64,000 nucleotides of DNA from Lama guanicoe (taxonomy: Eukaryota), in the NCBI GenBank assembly GCA_013239625.1, contig MU054323.1:6933220-6997219 (forward strand), read 5' to 3'. The notes below the pieces were generated by a model. It did no database searches. It was not told the origin of the DNA and saw nothing but the letters and a program-made list of their open reading frames with translations. The translations under genes were made by a program, and so were the position numbers. This document shows, piece by piece, positions 47,692 through 61,033 of the stretch (its first letter is position 1; each line of letters opens with the position of its first letter).

Positions 47692-48600
47692 CAGGGACAG
47701 CTACATGACATAGAGGTTTACTGAGAAGTGAAAATGAAGATCCCCTTACTCAAAAAGGAAAAAAAAAAGGCCAAAAAATGTACTAAAATACAAAGTTTTG
47801 CCCTTTCCTTTTCGTCTTTCTTTTGACTTGTCATGGTGATTTTTATCTGCTATTTGATGTTGTTCTAAGAAAAGTTAAATTTTAAAATTATTAGCATGAA
47901 TTTTTACCATCGGCTATATTGTACAATGACAGTTTTAAATGCAAATGTAAGAGCATTTAACTTGTATGCAGAATCACTACAATGAAACAAGTAGTATTTT
48001 GTGGTTTATATACATATATACATGTATTTCATTCTTATCAAAACAGTGAAAGACCACAGAAAACTAACTCAACTGCTTTTATTCACTTCTTGATATGCAC
48101 ACATTCTACTAACACTATCTACCATCAGCTTACTAATAAAGAAGGACTAAAAAGAAAAGGAACTATGGCTTCTCCTACTTTTCTCTTTCTATGTCATGAA
48201 TTTCTGCATTAAGTGGTTGGCTAACACAGGGAAGGAACACAAGTAAGAAAGAGATGAGGGGGTTCCTTGGACATTCACATTTTTTAGAATGTCACTACTT
48301 TCTTTCTGCTTTAGAAGCAAGGTCTAGTTTGGACAAAAGCATGGCCTCCCAGGGCTGTCAGGACCTCCACTTAGTCATAGATACAACATGTTACTTTGTA
48401 CTTGCTTTGCATCTTGCTGAAATCCAAACATTGTGAGTTCACCAGAATTCTAAGCTGCCGGGGCACTGCAAACTCTATATGAAAATGAAATGACAAGGAG
48501 GAATGGAAGACATATTGTGCTTATTTCCTCTACACACCCACATGTTCCATTATCCCAGCATACTCCAATTATGAAACACAAGGTCAGAGATAACACTGTT
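47692..48600 (+). mobile_element. MER45-family (hAT-Tip100) element nested in L1
   Basis: Starts cagggacagctacat...aaaatgaagatccccttactcaaaa, resembling the MER45 5' end; interrupts the L1 sequence. The 3' limit is approximate. Confidence 0.6.
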
Positions 48601-49738
48601 TTCTACTTTACTTGAGGTGGAAGCATAGATCATTTTAGACCTTTCTTCTTTACTAACATAAGCATTTAATGCTATAAGTTTTCCTCTTAGTACTGCTTTG
48701 CCTGCACTCCACAAAGTTGGTATGCTGTGTTTTCATTTTCATTTAATTCAACACATTTTCTAATGTCACTTGTGATTTCTGTCTTTACCCATGGTTTATT
48801 TACATATGTGTTGTTTAATTTTCCAAATATATTTTGGGATTTTCAAGATACATTTCTGTTTTTGCTATTTCAATCCATCATTTTGGTCAGAGAATATCAG
48901 ACTTTGTATGATTTTAATTTTTAATGTAATGAATCTTGTATTACAACCCAGCAGACTGTGTGTCTTCATGAAAAATTTTAGTGCACTTGAAAAGAATATT
49001 CAGTAGTTGTTAAGTAGAGGGTTCTATAAATATCACTTTGGTCTAGCTGGACATTAGAATTGTTCAAGTGTTCTATATATTTCTAATTTGTCTATTTGTT
49101 TCAGCCATAACTGAGAGAGGTGTGTTGCAATCTTCAAACATAATTATGGATTTGTCTATTCTCCATTTTAGTTCTATCATTTTTTTTGTTTTGTGTATTC
49201 TAAAGCTTTATTATTAGGTGCATACATGTTTAGATTATGTCTTTTTGATGAATTGACTCCTTTATCATTATGAAATGTCTTTCCTTATTCCTGGTAACAT
49301 TTCTTATTCCAAAGTCTACACTGCCTGATACTAACATAGCCAGCCACCCCAGCTTTCTTTTGATTAGTGTTTACACGTTACATGGAACATGCAGGTGTGC
49401 AGAGGAAATATCTTTTTCCATCCTTTAAATCTATTTGTGTCTTTATATTAAAAATGGGTTTCTCTATGACAGCTTATAGTTGGTCCTTGCTTTCTTATCC
49501 ATCTGATAATATCTGCCTATTAAATAGGGACATTATATCATGTACATTTAATATTATTATTAATATGGTTGGGTCTAAAACTATTTTTGCCTTCTGTTGG
49601 TCTCATTTGTTGCTTGTTACTGTTTTCCTCTTTTCTGCCATATTTTGATTTTATCATTCTACTTTATCTCCATTATAGACTTACGTGCCATATCTCTTTG
49701 TTACCACGTTTTTAATAGTTGCTCTGAGATGTACAATA

Positions 49739-50154
49739 CAGGCATATCTCAGAGATGTTACGGCTTTGGTTCCAGACCACTGCAATAAAAACGAATATTG
49801 AAATAAAGCAAGTCACACAAAATTTTTTGTTTCCTGGTGCATATAAAACTTACATTCACACTATATTGTAGTCCATTAAGTGCAACAGGATGTCTAAAAA
49901 ATATTTTTAAATTAAGGTATGTACGTTTAATTCCTAAAAAATGCTAACAATCATCTGAGCCTTCAGCAAACATAATCTTTTTGCTAGTGCTTTGAAATAC
50001 TGCAAAAGTTATTAAAATGTGACACAGAGACACAAAGCGAGCAAATGCTGTCAGAAAAATGGTGTCAATGGATTTGCTCAATGCAAGACTGCCACAAACC
50101 TCCAATTTGTAAATCACACAATAAAACAAAGCACAACAAAGCGAGGTATGTCTG
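49739..50154 (+). mobile_element. Internally deleted Tigger1 derivative (416 bp) with both ends
   Basis: TIRs caggcatatctc and gaggtatgtctg, flanked by TA at 49737-49738 and 50155-50156. Confidence 0.92.
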
Positions 50155-53100
50155 TATGCATCTTTAACTCAGTCTCCTTAAATGTTATTACTTTGCATAC
50201 AGTATAAGAAAATTGTAACAGTATCTTTTCATTTCTCCCCTCTTGTCCTTTGTGCTGTTGTTGTCATGTCGTACTTTTGTTATGTTATAAACTCTACAGT
50301 ACATTGGTTATATTTTTGCTTTAGACAGCTGTTTAAACAGATCAAAAATGAGAAAAATAACTCTGTATTTTCTCACATATTTACCACTTAGAGGCCTCTT
50401 CATTCTTTTGTGCAGCCCAAATTTCTATCCAGTATAATTTTTCTTCTGCCTGAAAAACTTTAATACTTTTTGTAGTGCAGGTCTGCTTGTGATAAATTCT
50501 TTCACCTTTTGTTTGTCTACAAAAGTCTTTATTTCACCTTCATTTTTTGAAGGATATTTTTATTGGGTACACAATTCTAGACTGACCTATTTTCCAGTTC
50601 TATACTCTTCTGTCTTGAATAATTTCTGAGCAGACATCTGCTATCATTCTTATCTTTGCTCCTCTATGTACTGTGTCTTTTTTCTTTCTTTCTGGTTATT
50701 TTTATGAGTTTCTGCTTAATTCCTAGTATTAAGCAATCTTGATTATGATGTGCCTTGGTGTGATTCTATTTTTACACTGTATATTTACTTGAGTTATACT
50801 GAGCTTCCTGAACTATAGGTTATAGTTTTCATTAAATTTGGAAAAATTTTCACCATTATTACCTCAAAAACTCTGTCTTCTTCTGGGACTCCACTGCTCT
50901 CCACTGCCTAGAGAATGTGGTCAAAGCAATCTCAAATAGCTTTCTAAAGGTCGTCCATTTCAGAACCCAAATTACCTTCCAAGCTTTTCTTTTACTATCT
51001 CACACACCCAGTTCTGCAGTCAAAAGTTCTCTGTGTATGTGTGTGCGCGTATACATTCATCCCCAGACCACTGCCCACCAGCAATCTTCCCCCTACCAAT
51101 CCAGGGCTCAAAATCTAATTTTCCCTTCTTGGCCCAGCTCAGTACTGCCTCCTCCATGAGACCTTTCCCAACCAGGGCAGAAGGATGCCTCTTCTCTGTA
51201 CTCTCACAGGTCTTGTGTGTCATAGCGGCCCCTTGAGAGCTTGAGGACATCCTTTCGGCCAATCTGGGATGAGTCCCACTCTCAGACCCAGAGAAAAGAA
51301 AGGTATTGGACTCTGCCACCTCTGTGATGGAAGTAAGAATGATGTTATGTCAAAAGGCGCCTATGTGAGACTTTCCGGAGAGAGAAGTTGAGCACACAGT
51401 ATTTTAGGAAGGAGTGAGTCAGGCAGCATCTCTCCTTTTTCCAAAGGGAAAAATGAGACACACAGCAAATTAAGTCAATTATACTGAGCCAGAGGAAATA
51501 TCCTCCAAGGATCTTCACTCTCAGACCAGTCTCTCAATGTAGCCTCTCAAGAGTTAGGGGAAAAAAAAAAATCCCAGCTTCTGACTTCCTTCTTATAAAG
51601 CCAGGGGAGCAAGAGAAGGCAATCATGTTCCAGGAGACCACACCGCTCTGGATCCAGGTCTCTCAGGAGAGAACCCTGGCCTGGTAAGGACTGAGAGGCC
51701 GCAGGGAAACAAACAGAATTCCCACAAATAGAAGAACAAAAGCAAAATCAATCATGCAACCAAGAGCAGCTCACCAGAAGACCTGAGCCTGAGGCCATCC
51801 CAGTTTTACGCTGGAACCTCTTTCATCGGGCCAGAACTCCAGAGTGTCCTTCCAAACACATCCATACCAGGCGGCCTGCCCTCCTTCCATCTCTGCCTCC
51901 CGTTCCTGCCACTCTCCCCACCCAACCACACGCCCAACAGCCTCCTACCCGAACAAAGGCCTCCTGACATCCCACTGGCCCTTCACTCACTCTTGTCGTC
52001 TGACGTCCCAGTGTCACCTGCCTCCAGCGCCCAGTGCCCCATCCCACCCACACCCGTCTGAAGTTCCCGTCTCCACCCGAGTTCCCGAAGCAGAGCCACA
52101 CGGGATACTCATGAGCAGACCCTGCATCTCCTTTCTGTTTCCTGTACCTGTCGCAGGTCCCTGCCCCACCACCTGGGCACTGGGGACAGAGTAGAGCAGT
52201 GTTCCCTCTTTGAAGGGTTGGGAGAGTACTACTCTGGGGGCCAGGAGACCAAGGCTACAGACAGAGGCCCTGAGACTGTCTCCCTGTGGGACTGCAGGGA
52301 CCTCAGGCAAGTCACTTCCCTGCTGGGCCTCAGTACCCTCCCTAGAAACGCTCAGTCGTAGCCCCAGGACCGCCCCTCCTGGCAGAAGCTGTGTGAGCAG
52401 TAGGGGACAGCAAGCAGCAGCAACAAGCTCATCCTGATCTGTACATACCACTCAAGCAAAATGTACCTCCCAACAGGGATCCAGCTTTGGGTTTGACATA
52501 GTTACAGATATGCATATAATCATAGCAATACTTGCATCTGAATGGGGCTCTGCGGTTTACAAAATGCTTCCACTCACCCTCTCAGACACCCCTCACCACA
52601 GCCCTGTAGGAACAGCCACGTCCTCATCACCATCACAGCAAACTCATGCAGCGCGCACTATTCTCTGAGCTTTATTAGCTCAACAGAGATTCAGTAAAGA
52701 AGGCACAGAGAAGACTAAGCAACTTGGCCAACACCACAGAGCTGGGAGCAGCAGACCCAGCCATGGAGCCCCAGCACCTGGCTGAGTGAAAAGATGAATT
52801 AGGAGACAGAAGGACAACAGATGTCCATCATGAGGCACATGCAATTACCCATCAGAAGTAATCAACACCACCTACCATCCTGGTAGGAAAAGAAGAGGGC
52901 AGACAAAGAGGAGGATGGGTCAGACTCTGGTTACCTTAATAATCGTGCTGATCTTTACTGGTCTGGCAGGGGGACAGGAGCAGAGAAGCAGTGGGGAAGG
53001 GAGACGGCATAAGGGGTGCGCAGGCCGCAGAGGGACATGGTTATGGTCAGCAGGCAGCCCTGAGCAGCAGTTCCAGTGGAATGGTCCCTGGAACAGCCCC

Positions 53101-53849
53101 TCTGTCTCCCTCTCCCCACTCCCTTAAGCTGCACATCCTGCCAGGCCGGGGAACATTCCGTCAGTCTTTGGAGAGCTGTCCTGCCACCTAAGCAGCAGTG
53201 GGTTTCCCTATATTAGCTTCAATTTTTATGTAGACTATAATTCTTTTATTAAGACCCGATGTCTAGATTTTCCAGGAGTGGAGACCACCCTCCCCACCAA
53301 ATCTTAAATTACAGCTGTAGAATTTATTCCTCTAGCATTTGTGTCCTGCAACAAGGCAGAGCGGGCAGAGGAAAATGAGTGTCAAACGGGAGAAGGCACC
53401 CTGAGCACCACGTTTCAGTTTGCAGCCAAAGAAAGCGCTAGGATGATGTAAGGTCCAGAAACCATGTCACCCGAGGACTTCTTGGAAAAGTGCAATGGGT
53501 TAGGCTGAAGAGGAGACTGAGGGAGAGCAAGATGGCTGAATTCAAATACTAGAAGGGCTGCTGGGTAGAGGACAAGAGGCAGACGGGTGTTACTTCCTCT
53601 GGATAAACTAGAACCAGGAATGCATGCCAAGAGATGGCAGGATGGGGCTCAAACAGAGCGGCCAGGAGCACAGGCCAGCACTGACGCTCTCCAAACCCAT
53701 GTTCCATGTGAGTCAAGACCATCCACCCCCCTGTAAAACCTGCTGACCTTCCACGCACAGCTGGCAGGATCCTTTCTAGAACTTTCCTGTACTTGTGCTC
53801 CGACTTTTGGAGTGTTTCCCAAGTCAGTTGTGTTTAGTCCCAAACCTGC

Positions 53850-54770
53850 AGATGTCAGCTGTTTCTTGGTATTATATTTACAGAACTTAAATAAGAACCT
53901 AAAACAGATAAAATATGAATGTGAAAGGAAGTTATTTCTGAAAAAAGTAAAGTGAACATTTTAGAAATTTTTGAAAAATTGAATAAAAGTGAGTAGCTAA
54001 AAGAAGCTGCTGTTCAATTAGCAGTGGGCAAGACAACAGTAAAAATTTGGCCAAAAGGAAAAAAAAATGTACATAGAAAAGTCATAAAAATCTAGGATTC
54101 TGTACCCAGATTATTTCCAAGTGACTTTCAATCCTCCCTCCACTTTAAGGAAACTGTAAATTACAGAGGTCACATCCTAGTTACAAAAGGCCACAAGGAC
54201 CACCACCAAGGGCGCCCAGAAGCACAGGAAAGATCTTTCCTTTCAACAAAAGATGAGCAGCTAAGTGTCTCCGAATGAAACAAGCATCTGAAGTGCCTGT
54301 AAGTGTACACATTTGTGTGCAGTTTTTGGTGTGACTCCTTGATCTTACTGACTTTTAAAGATCTACTTTGTTGCGCTACAGTTTGCACACGATGAAAAGC
54401 ACCCATGTAAAAGGCGTATTTTGATGAATGTTGACAATATAGCTGTGTGGCTGCGTCCCCCACCACAATATGGAAGGCTCCCTTCACCCCAGAATGTTCC
54501 TTTGTGCCCCTTCCAATCCCCCGCCCCTCACCCAGTGTCTAAGGCGTCACAGCTCTTACATACAGGGTCATGCGGTGACCACCCGTGCTTACCACCGTCT
54601 AGCTTTCGGTTTTATTGCTTTTTCACATACAGTAAAATTCACCCTCTTGGGTGTATAGTTCTGTGTGCTCTGACACACAGCTGTGTGACCACTATCCCAA
54701 TAATTTAACTTTTTGCATCGATCGACCAACCACCTGTCTCAGTTCATCAGATTCGAGGACTTCCACGCAC
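53850..54770 (+). mobile_element. Ancient Tigger/pogo-family transposon relic with a nested reverse L1 3' fragment (about 54360-54700)
   Basis: 53976-54050 translates KLNKSE*LKEAAVQLAVGKTTVKIW, a CENP-B/Jerky-type N-terminal helix-turn-helix. Confidence 0.7.
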
Positions 54771-56586
54771 TGGGGCCCCGAAATCCCTGGACCCGACACC
54801 AGCCCACTCTGTTTTCACTCTCTGATCCCGGGCACCTTCTCGCCTCCAGTCCCTCCTCTACCTTCTCATCTATGAAACTCTAGACACAAGAATGTGCCCT
54901 TGCAGAGGAGGTGTGAGGACTAAATGACATAATGTAGATAAGGAGTACTTTAAAAACCCCTGCAAATGTTCTTTGTAACTAGTTTCAACAGTCTTCGGAC
55001 CAGTTAGGCTGTTCTGAAGGAAACTGAGTCCCCCATCCCAAGAGAAATGGAAGCAAAGCCCAGATGATGTGCTGGGGACACCACTGAAGGGTCCCAGCAC
55101 TGCCTGTGGATTGGGTGGTGAGCCTCATGGGCTTTTCTACCCCTACATCCAGTGATGAGTGGTGTGAAGTGGGTGTCACTCACCCCAGTGAAAATGAACA
55201 AAGCGAGGCCACCCAGGCCTGGTGGGGACATCCCACAGCCTTGTGTCCCCTTTATTCACACTAAAGGGAACAAGCTCCACACAGCTCACGTATTCGACCT
55301 AATGAAAAACACACCTGACACCCCTCCAGTTCAAATCATTCCAGGGACTTCCTTCACTGTGTCTCCCACCTGTTATCCACTCTTAACTGATTCCTCCAAA
55401 ATCAAGAAATAAAGAAAAATGATATTAAGTGAAAGGTGACAGCCAGGACGCAAACCATCAACCCTGCAACCGAAGTACAGTATTCTTTGTCCTCACAGAG
55501 AACTTCATCTAGGAAGCATGTCTCATTTACAAGACAGCAACAAGAAAAATGGTGGCCCAGCAAACAATTCGGGAGATGAGTGTCTGATGACGCAGGAGTC
55601 CCCCAGACACCCAGAACACGGCGCTGCTCTTCCCGCCCTTGGGGCTGACCCCCAGCTTCTCCTCTCCATCAAAGCCAGCAGTAATAACAATCACACTGGC
55701 AGTCAGAGCAGCAAGCGTTTCCAGCGCCAGCTGCACATCAGGGCCCGCCCCACAAGGCCATGCTCCTGTGTTAGTGTGCTTCTGACCCAGGAAGGTTGCT
55801 GCCCTAGCCAGGGGAAGGAGGTGTTAGTCCCTTTCACAGAGGGGGAAACTAGGCTTAGATTAAACACCGTTCATGGGATCCTACAGCTGGCACGTCAGGG
55901 AGCCAGGAGGTAATTCAAGTCAGACGACCACAAAGCCCGTGCTTTCAGATTCCCAAAGCAGAACGCCCCGCCACAGGTCAGGCTCCCAAGGCCCCTTCAC
56001 CAGCTTGCAGTGCAGAGGTCAGCTGGTCTGGGACGAAGACACGACGGAAGGGACCGGACACACTCCCTAAAGTAACTGCCCTACATTGGGCCCTTTACTG
56101 AAATAAGAAGGCCATGTCCCAGATCAGTCCCTAAAGATGGGAAATACATCACTAACAATTACAACACAATGTAGGGGAGGGGTATTAATGTGGTTTTCAG
56201 AGTGGTTAATGCTGCACAATGAAAGATCAACTGTAATCATGTGTAGGAAAGACAGCTGATGAGTGAGAAACCGTGGCACCTTTCTGGCAATCAGAGGAGG
56301 CTATGTCCAGCTGACCACATTGCCCAGAACTTGGAAATGAGCCTGGGGGCAGTGGGGGCAACTCCCAGCCCCAGCCTGGGATGGTGACCCACCCTCAGCA
56401 CCAGGCAATGCCCTTTGCTCAGATTCCCCTCCAGGAAATTACTGATTTGGTTTCTTAGGAATTTGTGGTTAATGTGCATCAAACAACAGAGTATTCCCCT
56501 CCCTAGGAGGGTAGTAAGGTCCATCTACCACCAGCAGGTCGGTGACCAAACCTTGGGCTTATTGGTCAGTCTCTTAAGAATGTGGC

Positions 56587-57276
56587 CCATGGGCATATAT
56601 CTGGAGAAAACTCTAATTTGAAAAGACACGTGCACCCCAATATTCATAGCAGCCCTACATACAATAGCCAAGATGTGGAAGCAAGACATGGAAGTGTCCA
56701 TAGACAGATGACTGGATAAAGAAGATGTGGTATTTTTATATAATAGAACACTATTCAGCCATAAAAAAAGAATGCAATAATGCCATTTCCAGCAACATGG
56801 ATGGATCTAGAGATGATCATACTAAGTGAAATAAGTCAAAGACATATATATGACATCACTTACATGTGGAATCTTAAAAATGATACAAATGAACTTACTT
56901 ACAAAACAGAAACACTCACAGACATAGAAGACAAATTTATAGTTACCAAAGGAGAAAGTGGGGGGAGATCTGATAAATTAGGAGTTTGGGATTAGCAGAT
57001 ACTAACTACTATGTATAAAATAAACAACAAGTTTATACGGTAAGCGCAGGGAATTATATTCAATACCTTATAGAAATTATAATGAAAAAGAATATGAAAA
57101 TATGTATATGTATGACTGAACATTATGCTGTACACTAGAAATTGATATAACATTGCAAACTGACTATACTTCAGTAAAAAAAATTTTTAATATATATATG
57201 TGTAACTGAATCAATGCTGTACACCAGAAACTAACACAACATGGTAAATCAACTACACTTCAAGTTAAAAAATAAA
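56587..57276 (+). mobile_element. Relatively young 5'-truncated L1 (artiodactyl/camelid type)
   Basis: ORF2 C-terminus [20 protein letters not shown]; 3' UTR and A tail; 11-bp TSD aagaatgtggc at 56576-56586 and 57277-57287 at a TT|AAGA endonuclease site. Confidence 0.93.
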
Positions 57277-57839
57277 AAGAATGTGGCTCACGGGGATCAA
57301 TTCCTCAGGGCCCAGTCCCCTTGGGTGAAAAACTCAGCTTCCAAGGCGGCAGTGGAGGAGCCCACCTGGCCCAGGACAGGCAGCTGCTCTGCACCCCGCC
57401 AGCTCTGGCTCCGCTGGCCCCAAGTTACGCTTCATGGGGACCAGTCCTGAAACAACATGGGAACAGCAACCCACAATCACGGAAACCTTGCGAGGATTCA
57501 CATCCAGCCTGCTGACGCTGGGGTTCGGAACGGGGGTAAAGGGTGGGGTGGGATTTCTTCTGAAACATGTCATTTTCTTTTCTGTTTACAACAAAGAAAG
57601 TGCTCTCGAAGAGAGGAACAGAAAAGGGAAGAAAAGGATTCATTACTAATCAAAGCAAATTTCTTAGGAACCACGAAGAGGAATTTTGCTGAAAGAAACA
57701 GCTGAAAATGTGATCCGAGGAAGGAAGAAGCATCAGACATAAAATGGCCAGGAGGGGAAAGGAGAGAGGCAATGGGCCTGCCAGTATCATATATAAATAA
57801 TAAGAATAAGTAAGTGAAATATGGGTAAGTAAATGAAAT

Positions 57840-58145
57840 TAGTAAATTAAGAGTAACCAAATGCCCTACAGAAGAGGAACAGTTGAGTTAATTACAGTAC
57901 ATTTAGCCAGCATCGTATTATGCAGCCATTAAAAATGATGACTGTGAACACTAATTTAAAATAGAAAAAAGTCTGTGCTATAAAGCTAAGAAAAGCCAGA
58001 GTAATATGTGTACAGCTTTGTAAAAATTTCCATATGAAAGACTAGAAAGGAACACCAAAAATTGGTTGTGATAGGATTATAATAAACTTCTTTTATTTCC
58101 AAAGTTTCTGCAATATTAGATGGCATTTTATAATTAAAAGCATGC
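57840..58145 (+). mobile_element. L1ME-type 3' end
   Basis: taaccaaatgccctacag...tattatgcagccattaaaaatgatg...aaagactagaaagg. Confidence 0.7.
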
Positions 58146-58724
58146 TTTAAAATAATCCTTTCACAATGAGGGGAAAAGAGCCAGTTGGTGACACAGAAAA
58201 GAAACGAGAAAAAGGATAATGAATAAATGATTCATTCACAGATCAAAGATCAGAGATGGTCTGCCAAGATTAAGTGCAATAAAGAAATAACTAACTAGCA
58301 TTCGCATGGTGCTTTATAGCTACCCTTCCCCCACCAGGTAACAAACTAACACTCCCATCCGAGCCCTTGTTCACCAGCTACAGTGAGCAGCACCCCGCCC
58401 CACCCCACCGGACACCCTGGTCCCACCTCGCCTTGGCTTGCCTTAAGCTTCCCCAATACAAAAGAACCAATGATGCCAACACCATCAGACAGGGGCTGCC
58501 TCTTGCTCCCAAATGGGTCGCCAGCCCCCTCCATCACAGGCTACCTGGGACAAACGTGTCCCAAGCAGGAAGCGGAGGCTGGGTGGAGCTCGGATGTTCC
58601 ATGCTGGGGACCGCCATCCCCCCCACCCCAGGCTGTTCCCTACTGTTGGGTCCTAAGCCTTCTTCCTTTCTGAATCTACACACTCTCCGTGGGCAACCCC
58701 TCACCCTCCCCATGGTTTTGGGTG

Positions 58725-59452
58725 GCACTTAAATGCTGATGATTCCCAAATCCAGAACTCAAGACCTTTCTTCTAAGCTCCAGATCTTAAGCACAGGGCC
58801 TGGCACACAGGTGTTGAATAATTATCCACTGAAGAATCTGATAGTTCCCCTTGGATATCGCACAGGCACCTGAACCTGAACCCATCTTCACCATCCTCTG
58901 CTTCCATCTTGGTGGGTGGCCCTCATGGCATCATGCCTGGACTACTCCAATAACCTCCTAAACAGTTTCAGCCTTACTCAAGTCCACCAGAATGATTCTA
59001 TTAAACGCAGAGCAGATCCTATCTGTCCCCTGCTTAAATTCTTTCAATGCAGCCCCATCATTAGAGGAATAAAGCCCAAATTTCTGCTACCTAGCTTCTC
59101 CATACCTTGTCTCTCTAGCTTCTGCCGCCCACTCATCCTCTTGTTACACAGGATTGTCACCAGTCCAAAGCAAGTGAGAATCTCCTATAACTCTCACCGG
59201 AATGCTCTGTTCCCACTGCTCCACCTGGCGAACTTCTATTCATCCTTCAAAACCCAACTCAACAGTCAGCTCTTAGAGAGCCTTCCTCTGTTTCTTTATG
59301 CAGGCTCTCTTTCACTAACAGGACTTGTACCACAACCTGGGAGCTCCGCGATGGTAGGGGATGAGTTTTATTCACTCTTTGTTTATACCTAGAACACTCT
59401 TTGTTTATACCTATACCTAGAACAATACTTGGTAAATGATGGAGGGAATGAA
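58725..59452 (+). mobile_element. L2 LINE 3' portion
   Basis: atgctgatgattcccaaatc...cttggatatcgcacaggcacctgaac...tgcctggactactccaataacctccta...cattcatccttcaaaacccaactc-like sequence. Confidence 0.8.
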
Positions 59453-59799
59453 GTTTCTCTGACTGGAGAAACAAGCGTGAAGGTGGGATGGTGAGCGCTC
59501 CAACTCTGCTTGGCCATTCTTCAACATGATCTTATGCAAATCATTTTTGTCCAAGGATAAGATCAGAAGTAGGCCAACAGAATATCAATGACTCATTTTT
59601 CTGGGCTCCTAAGAACCCTCCTCTATTGCTGCTTTTTCCCTAGACCAGAAAAACTTTATTAACAAATGGCAAAGGCGTACTGATTAGCACCCTTGAAGAG
59701 TTACATAAATTCTGCTTTTAAAAAAATCACTCTCTAATTACTTAGATTAACATCAGAACATTTCCCTAGCTTGGATCTAGCCAAAAATTTATCAGACTC

Positions 59800-60375
59800 T
59801 CAATGAGCGCTGATGAGGAAGGAAATAAAGATAAAAGCCGAGCAGGAATGTATTTACTCAACAAACATTTACAGACTGATAGTCAGGACCAAGGTACTGC
59901 AAGGGGTGGCAGAGGAGTTCTACCATCGGTCTCGCTCTGCCCTCGAGGCGAATGGCAACCTGCTAAAAAAGACAAATTCAACGTGCTGCCGAAGGATGTA
60001 CAAGAGCAAACTCCCACCTCCTGAGAAAGGCATACAAACGTCAGAGCCGGGCTGCCCATCTGGCTGATGTATAGAAAGAAAGGGCCGGGGCTGGTGCTGG
60101 GGTCACAAATGGAGGCAGGGCTGCCTCCCCTGCAGTGCCCTGGACAGAGGAGGTTCGCGTGTTTGAGAAGAGAACAAATTCTTCTCATGAATGTAAGGCA
60201 AGGCAAAGACTGTGCAGATGAACTATAAGCCATCATTTTTGTGTGCAATGTAGTTCCGACTTTCCAAAAATCTTAGAATGATGTATTAGATCTCATAAAG
60301 AATCAATACCTTCAAAGAGTTATATACAGTTGTCTCTCTGGGGTCCCCACAGACAACAATGTCATATATAAAGCA
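59800..60375 (+). mobile_element. Probable CR1-clade RT relic (very degenerate)
   Basis: Ordered weak matches: TNIYR..TKVLQGVAEEF (cf. LNIYKS..PRVLKELAEE), EENKF..GKDC (cf. GKSC), FQKS*NDV (cf. FQKAFDKV), tctggggtccccacag (SGVP/Q). Confidence 0.5.
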
Positions 60376-60542
60376 GCATAGTACAGTGAACGTAGTCGGC
60401 CCTCCGCACCTGCAGGTTTCACATCCACAGACTATACAGCCTACTGGGGACCATATTCCTAACTTCTGAAGCATCCTGTGGTGCCCTGCCCAGACTCACG
60501 GCCCTCCTCATCTCTCCTCCCCAGCATCCCCCGTGTGTCCCT

Positions 60543-61033
60543 GGCTTAGTAGACAGCCTCAGGAGACAGCTGCCCTCCATTCCCTCCTTCCCTGTATGGA
60601 CATATCACCAGCACATCAAGGGGTAGAATCAATTTCCCCTTATCTTGCACCTAGGTTACCCTGTGGCTTGCTTTGACCAATAATGGTGGGTCTACCCCTT
60701 AAAACCTCTGGTAGCTTCCACCTTCTCCGGGACAACACCACACTGTGAGGAAGCCCAAGCTAACCACTTGGAGAGGTCACTGCAGAAGTTCTGAGGCTCC
60801 AGACATGCATGAGTAAGGTCTTCTTAGAGCTTGCCAGCATAGCCATCAGCTGAATGTTGGCACTGAATGAAACAGTCCAGGCAGCCACGTGAGTGACCCC
60901 GGCCAGTGCCACGTGAAGCAAGGCAACACCTGGCTGAGCACGGTAAACCCACAGAATCACAAGATAATAAACTATTACTGTTTTAAGCTGCTAAGTTTTG
61001 AGGTTATATGTTATACAATGGATAACTGAAACA
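60543..61033 (+). mobile_element. MLT1-family (ERVL-MaLR) solo LTR
   Basis: gcttgctttgaccaat, ctgtgaggaagcccaagcta, aacccacagaatc...tgttttaagctgctaagttttgagg...gataactgaaaca. Confidence 0.88.

Larger units (their letters stand above)
46760..50900 (-). mobile_element. Large old L1 (ORF2/ORF1 relic) interrupted by MER45-like and Tigger1 elements
   Basis: T-rich 4 kb block with reverse L1 ORF2 hallmarks (ttccagcatcatttgttgaaaga, gattgggattgaa-like sequence, ccttgttcctgattttagg, ttattaggtgcatacatgtttag). Confidence 0.85.
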
